This document shows positions 12,978 to 24,830 of a stretch of 64,000 bases of DNA, one piece after another. This stretch comes from Malacoraja senta (Eukaryota), in assembly GCA_038087875.1 (NCBI GenBank), contig JAXLNO010000076.1:1-64000 (forward strand), written 5' to 3'. Both the position numbers and the translations under genes were made by a program. Every line of letters begins with the position of its first letter. The stretch's first letter is position 1. The notes below the pieces were generated by a model. It was not told the DNA's origin. It did no database searches and was given only the letters and a program-made list of their open reading frames with translations.

Positions 12978-15318
12978 TGGCCCTGTCTCACGGTGCGAGT
13001 CCACCCACGAGTGATCCCGAGTGAAAGAAGAAATCACACTCGTGGTTGTCTACGAGATTCCAAGTTTATGTTCACGAGTTTAAACGAGTTCCCACGTGTA
13101 TGTCTAAGTTTGCCGTTTACTTCCCATTTCTGCAATGTACCAAGTTCCTCTCCCGAGTTACTCTTCAGCCAACCGTGAATGAAGGCGTGTTTTAAGTATC
13201 AAATAGAGCTGGACAGCATCTCATACAGTAAGTATATTCTGATTCAGTATTGAAAGTTATTCAATTTCAGAACTTTAAAAAACTAGGCAGGATCTCGGCC
13301 CCGCACTCGCTGCCATTATGCAGCAAGGAGGCGGTGGTGGCGAAGCAACATTGTTAAAGAAGACAGCTCCATCCTGCGGCTTTGAGATAAAGATAGTATT
13401 CAGCGCGGCCGCATCTATTGATATGACCTACAAAGCGAAAATGCGCTCTGTCCAGTGCCAGAGCCTTTCACTCTGCTTCATATACGTGGGAATTCCCTCA
13501 GTATGGTCACTCAGCGGGACAGGCAGCATCTCTGGAGAGAAGGAATGGGTGACGTTTCGCATCGCGACTCTCCCGGTTGCTACCTGGACCTACCTGATCT
13601 CCCGGTTGCCAAACACTTCCCATTCCCACACTGACCTTTCTATCCGATGTCTCCTCCAGTCATAGTGAGGCTAAATGCAAATTGGAGGAACAGCATTTCA
13701 TATTTCGCTTGGGCAGCTTACAGCCCAGTGGTATGAATATTGATTTCTCTCACTTCAAGTAACCCCGGCATTCCCTCTCTGTCTATCCCTCCTCCACCCA
13801 AGTCGCACCAGCTGCTCGTTTTCACCCAACGAACAGCGAACAAAGGTCTGTTTCCTTTATCATCGTAACTTTTTTGCATTCATTGTTCTTTATCCCTCTA
13901 CAATACATCATCATCTATATCTCTCATTTCCCTTACCAGTCTGTCGAAGAGTCTCGACCCGAAACATCACCCATTCCTTCTCTCCAGAGATGCTGCCTGT
14001 CCTGCTGAGTTACTCCAGCTTTTTGTGTCTATCGTCACCCTTCTTCAGACTGTTCCGTTGTATTGACCGAAAACGAACGATGTGACAGTACCGGCGACTT
14101 AATGAATGAAATGGAGACACGCGGAATTAAATGGACTTGGAATAACTGGGGTGGTGGGGTTTTATCGAAAAGTGACCACATGAAATCGGTGGAAGGAAAC
14201 AGGCAGGCGAGGTTTCGGGTCAGGGTCCTTCTTCAGACTCCATGAACCGCTGAGTTCTTCCAGCTGTCAAATGGAAACATGGGGGACCACAGATGCTGGC
14301 ATATTGAGCGAAACACAAAGTGTTGGAGCAACTCGATGGGCCGAATGGCCTAATTCTGCTCCTATGACATGAACTCACGAAGTGTCGAAGTAAGCCAACG
14401 GGTCAGGCAGCATTTGTGGAGGGAATGGATAGGCAACGTTTTGGATCGGGTCCCTTCTTTTCGAGCCGAATAAACGTCTGTCCATTCCCTCCGCTGATGC
14501 TGCCTGTCCCGCTGAGTTCCTCCAGCGTGTGTGAGTTCCTCCAACACTTTATGTGTGTTTTATGATCATGATTCCAGCATCTGCAGTTTCTTGTCTCTAC
14601 ATAAACTAGGCCTCAGCAACACCGAGTGTACTAACCGGGAGATTATGTTGCTGCTGCCAAAACAACAGTTGGCAATGTATGCACGGTAGATGTCACATTG
14701 CGTGGGAAACGAGGTCTCCAGGGAGACAGACACAAAGTGCTGGAGTAACTCCGCGGGACAGGCAGCATCTCTGGACATTTATAAAGCATTACATTTTGGA
14801 ACACAAGGAACTACAGAAGCTGGTTTACGAAAAAATACAAAGTGCTGGAGTAACCCAACGTGTCAGGCAGTATCTGTGGAGAACATGGACAGGTGACGTT
14901 TCGGGTGAAAGAAGGGTCTGAAGTTTGAAGAAGGGTCCCGACCCGAAACGTCACCTATCCAAGTTCGCCGGAGATGACTAATCTTCCACATTTCACTTCT
15001 GGCACTCAGGCCAAACCCACGGTAGACTCAAGAGTCACTACGGTAAACTCATGGGCCACTACGTTCTTACAACGAGTTTAAATGTTTCAAATTTTAACTT
15101 CAAGAGTAAATTTGACTCGTGGAAATCTTTAAACATGTTTAAAAAATTTCAAGAGTTAACAAGTTTCCCGGGTACCTGCTGTTAGCGCCACGAGTCGCTA
15201 AGTTGCGTCCACGAGTTCCGACGTTCCCGCTACGTTAATTGTGCGTGATGACCACGAGTTTAATTTGTTTCAAACTCGGGGTCACTCGTGGGTCGACTCG
15301 CACCGTGAGACAGGGGTT
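12978..15318. mobile_element. Non-autonomous PIF/Harbinger-type TIR element inserted in an HE1-type SINE
   Basis: TIRs CCCTGTCTCACGGTGCGAGTC.ACCCACGAGTGA.CCCGAGT at both ends, TAA duplication (12975-77 and 15319-21). Removing it restores the SINE sequence GGGTCTCTGGCGCAGTAA|GGCAGCAGCTCTAC. Confidence 0.88.
13495..14965. mobile_element. Cluster of Penelope 3'/pseudo-LTR fragments and related short repeats in both orientations, nested in the Harbinger element
   Basis: 13590-14030 matches 29130-29490. Recurring GACCCGAAACGTCACC and GATGCTGCCTG..CGCTGAGTTACTCCAGC motifs. Boundaries approximate. Confidence 0.75.
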
Positions 15319-15539
15319 TAAGGCAGCAGCTCTACTGCTGCATCACTGTACTGTCTTTATGGAAACAGGACCTTCTTTGAACTTGCACAGGGCATGACAT
15401 TGCCAAGGTGCAGGATTTCTGTTTTGAATAAAATGCGGATCTGCTAATACACATATCTAGGCAAATAAAAAGGTACCATAATATGCTTTATTGTACACCA
15501 ACCACTGCAACTCTACTGCTGTGCCACCGTGCCACCCTT

Positions 15540-16570
15540 AACAACTTCTACGGATGCACAGTAGAAAGCATACAATCGGGTTGCATCACAGCTTGGTTTG
15601 GGAACAGCTCTATTCAAGATTGCAAAGAATTGCAGCAAGTTGTGTATGCAGCCTAGTCCATCATTCAGACCAGACTCCCCACCAGCGACTCAATTTGCAC
15701 TTCATGATGCCATGGGAAAGCAGCCAACATATTCAAAAACCTTTCTGAACCTGATCATTGCATCTTCTCCTCTCTCCCGTCGGGCAGTAGATTCAAAAGC
15801 TTGAAAGCATGTGTCACCAGACTCAGGAGAAGCTTCTTCACTTTTGTTATCAAACTACTGAATGGTCCTCCTACAGGTTAGGAGGTGGCTCCAATCTACC
15901 TTCATTGTGGATTATGGACTTTTTCTCTGTAACTGCAATGTTACAAAGCTGCAAAACTATATTCTGCACTCATGTTTTCTCTTTGCACTACCTGTTGTAC
16001 TTATGTATACCTTTTTTTTTTATTTTTTTTATTTTTTATTTTTTAGAAGTACGGTAGATTACAATAATGTACAACACGTATATATTAATACATTTTTTGT
16101 ACCGCTTCACTTTTTTAAACTTTAAGAAAGAAAAAGAAAGAAGTAAGAAAAGTGAAGAAAGTGCACAAAGGTTGTGAAGTGCAAAAGAGTGTTGGGAAAA
16201 GAAAGCCCCTTAGAAAAGAAGTTAGAGAAGGAAGTAAAGTTAGAAAATAGACCCTAGAAAAAAAAAGAGAAAGAAAGAAGGAACAATCGCTCTATTATAA
16301 TTCTTATACCATACTTCATAGAGAAGGAACTACCAACCAAGTCTGTTTTTATTTTACCTCCCATTACCAGGTCCAGATACCTTTTATTTATTTATTTGTT
16401 TTTCTAAATTACTATTGCACCTCATGCTTGTAATAGGTCCAAAAACGTAGACCACGTACTTATGTATACCTTGATTGTACTCATGTAAGGCATGATCTGA
16501 TTTAATTGGATAGCATGTAATCAAAAGGTTTTTCACTGTACCTCGGTACACTTGACATAAATAAACCAAT
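15540..16570 (+). mobile_element. Rex1/Babar-like LINE 3' fragment, split by an L1 insertion
   Basis: Encodes a remnant like FYGCTVES..SGCITAWFGNSS and ends in TTTTCACTGTACCTCGGTACAC..GACA(A)TAAA. Similar pieces at ~24060-24500 (-), 45180-45430 (-), 47890-48170 (+) and 57715-58260 (+). Confidence 0.7.
16012..16457 (-). mobile_element. 5'-truncated L1 (3'UTR plus last ORF2 codons), same subfamily as the intact L1
   Basis: Near-identical to 48191-48626. Poly(T) at left. TSD GTACTTATGTATACCTT at 15997-16013 and 16456-16472, overlapping the element ends. Confidence 0.95.
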
Positions 16571-16796
16571 ACTAATACCAGTCTCATTCTTTCAAATTGC
16601 ACTTGCCTTGGAAACACTCCTACAAATATCACCTGATATTTTATAATACTTTACTGAATTCCATTCACGATTTTCTACTGAGTATCATAAATGGCAAACA
16701 CCTGTAACCAAATCCAATGATTAGACAAGCGGATATTGCACTTCTTGTTTTGGTAAGAACTGACATTGTGATTTGATAAACAAGAATGTTATAACA

Positions 16797-17611
16797 TCTA
16801 TAAAATTAAAAGTGTCTTCTTGACCACTTCCTGTCTGCGCTGTATATTGATTTAAAAAAAAATGCTACCATATATCGCTATGATTTTTGGCCATCTTACT
16901 CACAGTTTTCCTCCGCTGAGCAGGCCCCGAGGATTTTTCCCATCGATGAAAACTAAAAAAGTTATGAGTGTTTAAAAAACCTTGAGATCCTCTCGCCTGT
17001 CAATCACTGCGATGAAGGTAACGCCCCTTCCGGGGGGGGGGCAGGACTATAAAACCCTGGATGCCTGGACGTGAATCAGTCACTCTGCAAGATCATGAGG
17101 GAGAGGCCACGACTCTCATTCTAAGCTGTGAATCAACTGAACTGTGAGTCTGCAATGTACTTGCAATAAATGATTTGTTAGCCCTTAATGACAATGCCAT
17201 GAGTGGTTTGGCCTGCTGCCTTGCCTGTGCTTGAAACTAGAATGCTTTATTAGGTCCGACTGTGTTTGGAAGGAATGAATGCTTTATTAGGTCCGACTTT
17301 GGTTCAAAAGTCCCGCTCATTTCGTGACTTCCGCTTAGTGGACAGGTCACGCTGATTGCGTAATTCCCGGTGTCGTTGACTGCGGAAGCCCCAAAGTGAA
17401 TATGTGTGTGTGAGTGTGAGTGTGTAAGTGTGTGTAAGTGTGTGTGTGTGTATGTGTGTGTGTGTGTGTGTATATGTGAGTGTGTGTGTGAGCGTGTGTG
17501 TGAGTGTGCGTGTGAGCGTGTGTGTGTGTGTGCCCACAATGTCCATACTAGCCCTCAAAACCAGTCCCTTAAGCCCACAACACCATGCTAGCGCTCCAGA
17601 AAGCCCCCCCC
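16797..17611 (+). mobile_element. Non-autonomous Helitron, 3' end missing
   Basis: Starts A|TCTATAAAATTAAAAGT and is homologous to the modules at 30226 and 31015. 17532-17611 matches 31571-31650. No hairpin/CTAG follows. Confidence 0.75.
17402..17531. repeat. Imperfect (TG)n microsatellite
   Basis: Directly visible. Confidence 0.95.
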
Positions 17612-20040
17612 CGGTTTTAGTTTAAAGTCGTACCGTGCGCACCAATCCCTTAAAATCAGGCATGATACCCAGTATATAGTCCAAAACATAACAGTCCAAA
17701 GCTTTGATAGCATGAAGCATCTTCCTCCAAGTCCGATCAACTCATGGATATGTTGTAACAGTAATATTGAAGCGTGAAAATCCTTCGAAAGAATAACAGG
17801 ATTTTTACCAATAAAGTTCACCGTTAGGTTTGATTTAATTTCCGGATCATTAGCAGAGATTTCAAATCCCATCTCAAGCTTTGGCTATTCTCTGCCTGGC
17901 TTACAGAGAGATTTTAGTTCATTGATCCATCTCTTATCACTTAAGAAGCGGTTCACTGTCAGTTCTCTGGAAACTTCATCCGCAGGATTTTCTTTTGTGA
18001 TACCATATTTCAGTTGTACCACATTAGTAACTCCCAATGCTCTTTCCATTGGCAGATTGTCTTTGTCCAAATCCAACTCTCTGGTTTCTTTGGCTCTATC
18101 ATCTAGTGGAATGCTTTCACAATTGTCGCTGATCCACTTGGAAAGTGTGAATCCTCCCTTATTGCAAAGAGAAGTCAGATGTTCTACTGGTTGAATTGCT
18201 TCCTGCCCAGTAGACATGGATTTTAAGCAATCATCCTTGTAAAAATTATTCTTCAAAGAGGTTCTTACTTCATGAAATTTAGTATTCTCGCCAAACTTGC
18301 GTTTCAAATTCTGGTGGCTTTGCTCTGCCTTACGATGATTATTCGGTAAACTAACACTTTCTTGTTTGAAAGGTAAGTCCAGACAATAGTGTCTGTCAAT
18401 CTTTACTGAGTAGTTCATAATATCCATGAACTTCAACTCTTCATTCGACATCTCTTCAGATTCCTTGCTGGTACTTTCATTGAAGTCATGATTGTATGGC
18501 TTCATCATCGGCTTTTCTAATTCATCAGTAGATATTTGATTAACATCAATGGTAGAATAGTTCTTCTGATTCCTGTTTTCGTTGTTCCTTTTCAAGGAGC
18601 CATAGACAACCCATCCAAGTCGGGTTTTCGTTGCATACGGTCCATCACCTTGGCTCCTAACAATCAGTATAGGTTCCAATGCCTTCAAAACATTCGTTCC
18701 GATAAGTAGATCAACACTAGAATTTATTTCAGATATCTTGACATCCTTCAGGTAAGGCCATTGTTTCAAGTCTTCATGTCGGTATATTTTGACGACCAAC
18801 AGGCATGGTTCCATGTGTAAACACTTCAGATATTGGTATAAAATTATCTTCATCCAAACTGGATATCTCCATACTCGTAATGTAATGACTCCTGCTCTCT
18901 TTGTCTTTAGTCATGGTACGTAATTGAATCTTAGTCTCTTCTGTGATGTTCAGCCTTCTCGTCAGGTTTTCTGTGCAAAAGGTAGTCGAACTTCCATAAT
19001 CCAGAAAAGCATATGTTTGCAACACTGTATTCGTCTTACTGTTCCTTACCTGTACTGGTAAGATAGAAAAGTTACAAGCTTCAACCCCGGCCCCAATATG
19101 AGCAGTTACTTGAGGCGAGGTGATAGCATCACTAGTAGTTGGCTTCTCGCCCTGTTCTGTTTGCTCCGGTGCATCTTCTTCTATTTGCTTTGAAAGCTCT
19201 TCATCTATTTGTTCCAGTTCTTCCACTTCCCAATGCTCTGGTAGCTCTTCTTCAGTGTGAAGTGCTTCAGGATGATATTGCCTGCACTTATAACAAATCA
19301 TAGGATTCTTACAGTCTCTCACCATATGTCCTTTTTTTCAAACATCCAAAACAGATTCCCTTCTCTTTCAAGAAATCCATCTTTTCTTCATATTCTTTCA
19401 TCTTGAATCTTCGACACCTTCTTATGGTGTGACCAACTTCATCACATAACAAACAAAATACTATTTGCTTGCTAGAAGAAACATTTCCTTTCATTCTATC
19501 TGTCTTTTCCACAGGCTTGGTTGTGATAGCAAAACTACTTCTCACAGATTCTGATATTTTTTCAGTTTGGTAAAGGTAGAACCTTTGTTAGTTGCAATTG
19601 GTTTATAATCTTCAATAGTCCCATAGTGTGGCTCTAACATGTACCGTGCTTCCCTTTCTAAGAATTCCATCAGGTCTGGTAGCCTGGCTACTTGCTTCCT
19701 TTCATCCATTGTTACGCCTGCTTCATATCTCCACCTTTCTCTCATTCTTCTGGGTCATCTCTTCTTCTTGACGCTTCATCTCCTCTTCTTGTCGCTCAAT
19801 CTCATGTTTCATCCTCAAGGCATCCGCTTCTATTGAGAGAGCAGCTAGATCAGCTTTAACTCCCAATCGAGCAGAAGCCCTTGATGTAGAACCAGATTTA
19901 AGTCTTGAACCTCATGGAGATATTTTCCAGATATTATCTCGTGGTGTAATTTCATCTTTCATTCTGACACCTTGTTGCTTCACACTTCCAGCTACTAAGC
20001 TCGTAAGTTGTGGTATAATTTCAGATAACCACTCCTCTGC
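17612..20040 (-). pseudogene. BEL/Pao LTR retrotransposon gag-pol remnant with internal deletions; no LTRs seen
   Basis: Three gag zinc knuckles (CLLC...H...C, CFGC...H...C, CYKC...H...LH), protease 'YAFLDYGSSTTF', 'DLLIGTN', 'ATKTRLGWVVYG', 'FYKDDCL', 'ERALGV', 'ENPADEVSR', and an integrase N-terminal remnant 'NPVILSK...QHIH'. Confidence 0.88.
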
Positions 20041-21314
20041 CACATTAAAGGTTATGGGGAGAAGGCGGGAGAATGGGGTTGACAGTGGAAAATAGATCTG
20101 CCATAGTCAGGTGGTGGAGCAGACTCGATGGGCCGAATGGCCTAATTCTGCTCCTATGTCTTATGGTCTCATATGTTCATAAGTGATAGGAGCAGAATTA
20201 GGCCATCAAGTCTACTCTGCCATTCAACCATGGCTGATCTATCTCCCTCCTAACCCCATTCTCTTGCCTTCGCTGCATAATCCTGACTCCCTATTAGCTA
20301 AGCACGATGAATAAACATAGGTGTCATGTTAGAGGTGCCGCGACGCTGTACTATCACAAATAAAGCATTGGCTATACATCATATCAATGTGCTACAGGAT
20401 GCCATCTGATGCTGTTTAATATCAAGCTGCTTGTGAACACAAATGATATACCTTTAACTAGTGCTCCATTCCCCCCACAACTCCCAATTGACTGATCACC
20501 ATAAGGCGTGGTGTTAGGTCAAACACCACGGCCGACTAAAGAACGATTGCTCCCAGTGGAATAACGTGTAGCCTCACCATAACTTGCTTAATAGTACACA
20601 TCGACTTCTTGCCCGGTCTTTCTGTTTGATTACCTATAATGCAAAGCGCTCAGGAGCACTGGGTCAGGAGAGTGGTAATGGTGTACTAATGGTCTATCAC
20701 TGCCAACACCCTGAATCAATATACATTTAAGTGGAATCTATGCGGGAATTGGCTAACACAAACTGAGAAACTGCATCTCCATAAATCTTAAGCAGAAATG
20801 TTATGTTTAAAGTGTACATAGGAACTGCAGATGCTGGTTTAAACCAAAGATAGACACAAAGAGCTGGAGTAACTCAGTGGGTCGAGATCCAGCATTAGAA
20901 AAAGGGTTCCAACCCAAAACGTCTCCTGTACCTTTTCTCCTCAGATGCTGCCTGACCCGCTGAGTTACTCCAGCTTTTTCTGATTATGTTATGTTTATAG
21001 CTTGCCTCTGAAACTGCAGATGAACATTTTGTTTTGGGTCAAAGGATGCTTCGACTTGATCGGTGGGAGTGACGTTAGCATTGCTTGTGATGAAATGGTG
21101 TGCACAGAGACCTGCAGAAGGAACAAGCACACTGCTCCAGATTTCCTGTTGGCCAGTCACCCCGAATTTCTATCTGTCCCCCTGGGCGAGATGTGGAGGC
21201 ACAAACCTATTGCACCCTTGAATTCAGTGAGGTAACTTTGGCCATCATAGTCACGAGGACTAGCACAAGACTTGTATATGTTAAACTGTAAAATATGCAA
21301 ACAATTTTTAAATA

Positions 21315-21693
21315 TAGGTCCACCACTGATTTTCCAACATCCTTGGTTCCAAAGTCTTTCTGGATTATCCATTTTGGTGGACCAGCAGAAGTCACGGCCT
21401 CCAAGCGGAGTCCAACGGTACTGGAATAGTCCACCTAGCTGCTGAGATACCAGCCGGCAAAGTCGGTCTTGAATGTCGGCTATGGGAACGGATCTGTTGG
21501 CTCCGGCCAGGCCGGAGTTCCAGGGCCCCAGCTGCAGGGGTAAATTTGACCCGCCGATCACATGCCCCATCCGGCCCAGGCAAAACATTTTCGGGTGAAC
21601 TTCCAGAGTGGATATTAAGTGCACTCTCATAATTTTGTTTTGATTAAAGGAGGTGCCAGGCCACTAGTTGCCAGAAAATGGATGGTGGACCTG
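21315..21693. mobile_element. Old Tc1/mariner (Tigger/pogo-like) MITE
   Basis: Imperfect TIRs TAGGTCCACCACTGATTTTCCAACA and TGCCAGAAAATGGATGGTGGACCTG. TA on the left flank only. Confidence 0.55.
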
Positions 21694-22367
21694 TTTATCT
21701 TTCACTTCAGCAGCTTCTTAAAATCTATTAAAATATTAGTCAGTCTGAAACTTTTTCGCAGGATGGAAATGTCCAATACAAGAGGGCATAGGATGATAGA
21801 GGGAAAGTATAAGGGATAAATGGGGGGAAAGTTGTTTTCACAGAGAATAGTGGGGACCTGGAACGCCTTGCCTGGTGTCAGTGATGTTGGAGGCAGATAC
21901 TACAGTGGCGTTTAAGAGGCTTTTAGATAGGCACGTGGAAGTACAGGGAATACAGGGATATGGATCATGTACAGACAGATGAGATCAGTTTAGTTTGACA
22001 TCATGTTCGGCACAAACACTGTGGGCTGTACTGTGCTGCACTGATGTATGTTCTATGTTTTTTGTATTTGGGAAAACTGATTTTAAAATAGGAGGTAAAA
22101 CCACATTGCAATACTTAATTATTTAATAGTTAAAAGTTTGCCTTCCCTCTGCAACAAGCTGAGGATTCTCACTGAAATAAATGGACCCCCCTATCAGAGG
22201 GGTAGTTTCTCCATGGTCTGCATTCTCCCACACATTTCCTTTTGGTAATGCCAGCCATGGCAATGAAAATTAGGCTCCATGTCTGGAGCACTAAATATAT
22301 GGGTGAATACGTGGGTGAAGAGGGACCCTGCCTCTGGACAGGTCAATCATGTCAGCCTGGTTAGGAT

Positions 22368-23220
22368 GTAAGTAAGTAAGTAAGTAAGTAGTAAGTACAT
22401 TTTATTTATATAGCACGTTTAAATCAACTCGCGTTGAAACCAAAGTGCTTTACATAAAATAAATAATTAAGTTTCCGTACATCCATAGAAAAATTAAAAA
22501 AAAGAAAAATGACACAACACATTATAGAATTCAACATGAACGACCCCCCACAACAGAATCAAAATTTTCCACTTTGGGAAAGGCATCAGAAAGTTAAGTC
22601 CTCTTCCTCTGTGAATCACCTGAGGTCGGGGTCTATTTGTGGCCTCCGCAGCCAGTCCGATGTTTTCAGGCCCTCTTGCCGGAAAGCTGGAACTCCGGCG
22701 TCGGGTGAAACACTCCTCGGCGGCTTGGAAATGTCTGGAGCGGCCGCTCCCTCCCCGGAGACCACGGCACCCGAAGTCCTCAGGCCGCGCTGGTTGGAGC
22801 TCCGACTCTGGCGATCTCGGATCCCAGGCTCCGCGGTGTTTTAAATCCAGTGCCGCCCGCGGCTGGACGCCCGCAGCCACAGCTCCTCGGATGTTGGAGT
22901 CGGCGGTCACAGCACTCCGGAGCTTACCGCACGGCGACCCGGTAAGGCATCGCCCGCTCCGTGATGGTGTCCCAGCGCTGTACCGCCGCCGTCGAAGCTG
23001 TAGTCCCGGCCGGTCCCGACATGAAACGCCGCTCCAGTCTCGATGGCAGGCCGTGAGGAAGGGGCGAAGAAGCAGCTTGGAGGGAAGCTGCCTCTCCGAC
23101 CAGGTAGGGACTAGGAAATAAAGTTTCCCCCTTCCCCTCCCCCACCCACCACATAAAAGGCATCCAACTAACATTTTTTTTTTAACAGGACTAAAAATAA
23201 AAATAAAAAAGGGTGAAAGG
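22368..23220 (-). mobile_element. CpG-rich non-autonomous retroelement with LINE-type 3' tail and (TACT)n end
   Basis: Shares GCTGCCTC.CCGACCAGGTAGGGAC, AAGGCATCGCCCGCTCCG and GAAACGCCGCTCCA with 27030-27640. Tail has a stem-loop (AAAGCAC...GTGCT), AATAAA and a microsatellite. Confidence 0.65.
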
Positions 23221-23249
23221 GTCTTCCAGTTTCTAACATTGAGAGATTT

Positions 23250-23830
23250 GTTTGTGTATAGAAGTTGGGAGGTCATGTTACAGTTGTATAAGACGTTGGT
23301 GAGACCGCATTTAGAGTATTGTGAGTATTTAGAGTAGGGCACCACGTTATAGGAAAGATGTTGTCAAGCTGAAAAGGGTACAGAGAAGATTTAAGAGGAT
23401 ATGCCTGGACTAGAGGGTCTGAGCTACAGTGAGAGGTTGAGTAGGCTGGGACTATTTCCTAGAATGCAGGAGGATGAGGGGTGATCTTATTGAAGTGTAT
23501 AAAATCATGAGAGAAATAGATCGGGTAGATGCACAGAGTCTCTCGCCCAGAGTGGGTGAATCGAGGACCAGATGACATAGGTCTAAGGTGAAGGGGAAAA
23601 GATTTAATAGGAATCTGAGGGGTAACTTTTTCACACAAAGGGTGGTGGGTGTATGGAATAAGCTGCCAGATGTGGTAGTTGAGGCTGGGACTATCCCAAC
23701 ATTTATGAAGCAGCTAAACAGGTACATGGATAGGACAAGTTTGGAGGGATATGGACCAAACATAGGCAGATGTGACTAGTGTAGCTGGGCCGAAGAGCCT
23801 GTTTCCACACTGTATCATCCTATGACTCTA
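23250..23830 (+). mobile_element. CR1-clade LINE 3' fragment
   Basis: Remnants 'QLYKTLVRPHLEYC' and 'RGNFFTQRVVGVWNKLP'. Similar CR1 ends at ~21745-22060, 55533-55965, 56670-57010, 57035-57390, 61010-61490 (+) and 41860-43110 (-). Confidence 0.85.
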
Positions 23831-24519
23831 TTTGGACAGGTTTCACAGCCAGCTCAGTCAGCTTGTTCCTAGGCAGTTCATCATGACCATTCCCTACCAC
23901 ACCCTCTTGCCATGTGACGGTATATAAACTTACATGAGCCTGCTGTCACGCCAGTCCTACTTAGCTACTTAGGATTGGGATCTATTTTGAAGCACAAATG
24001 GATAACTGCAGATTGCAAAGACATAAGGTTTCCACATGCTACATGTAGCATAGTTAACTTGTGTTTTGGTTTATTGTTATCATGTGTACCAAAATACAGT
24101 GAAAAACTTGTTATGCATGCTATCCAAACGGATCAGATATATCATAATGTACGTAAATACAATCAAGTCATATTCAACTACCATAGATAGAGCAAAGAGG
24201 AAGATACTGAGTGTAGAATATGTGTTGATGGAGTCAGTGGTAGGTACTATGGTCTGTATGATGGACTGGGCTACATGTACAACTCTTGCAATTTCTTTCA
24301 GTCTTGTACAGAGCTGTTCCCAAACCAAGTTGTGATGCAACCTGACAGCACGCTTTCAATGATGCATCTGTAGAAATTTGTACGAGTCGTTGGAGACATG
24401 CTGAATTTCCTCAGGAAGTTGAGGTATTGGTGTGCCTTCTTGGCAGTTGCATCATCTGATTAGTCAATGACAGATTGTTGGTAATATTAATGCCACAGTA
24501 GCAAATATTAAGCTGCCAC

Positions 24520-24830
24520 AGTGGCGCAGCGATAGAGTTGCTGCCTTACAGCACCAGGGAACGGGGTTCTATCCTGACTACGGGTGCTGTCTGTACGGAG
24601 TTTGTACGCTCTCCCTGAGACCACGTGGGTTTTCTCTGGGTACTCCGGCTTCCTCCCACACTCCAAAGACGTACAGGTTTGTAGGTTAATTGACTTCGGT
24701 AAATTTGTAAATTGTCCCTAGAGTGTAGGATAGTGCCCGTGTATGGGGTCATCGCTGGTAGGCGTGGACTTAGTGGGCTGAAGGGCCTGTTTCTGTATTG
24801 TATTTCTAAAGACTAAAGTCCAAAGTAAAG
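24520..24830 (+). mobile_element. tRNA-derived SINE (HE1/V-SINE type), representative full copy
   Basis: Box A TGGCGCAGCGATAG, box B GGTTCTATCC, conserved core TGTACGGAGTTTGTACG..CTCCC.G.GACC, CR1-like tail GAAGGGCCTGTTTC...CTAAA. Other copies at ~29540-29720, 29865-30020, 43447-43805, 45660-45950, 46370-47030, 47065-47520, 59190-59505, 60030-60265, 61875-62040 and 62376-62825. Confidence 0.85.

Noticed and set aside
17237..17625. His/Thr- and Cys/Val-rich ORFs
   Set aside because: They are translations of a (TG)n microsatellite.
22494..23345. 283-aa ORF and similar GC-rich ORFs at 27031-27638, 32198-32957 and 42141-43025
   Set aside because: Several frames on both strands are open because of high GC content. 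The ORFs cross repeat junctions and show no recognisable domains.
24520..24600. tRNA genes suggested by A/B boxes (also 46865-46935)
   Set aside because: These are SINE heads followed by SINE core and LINE-derived tails.
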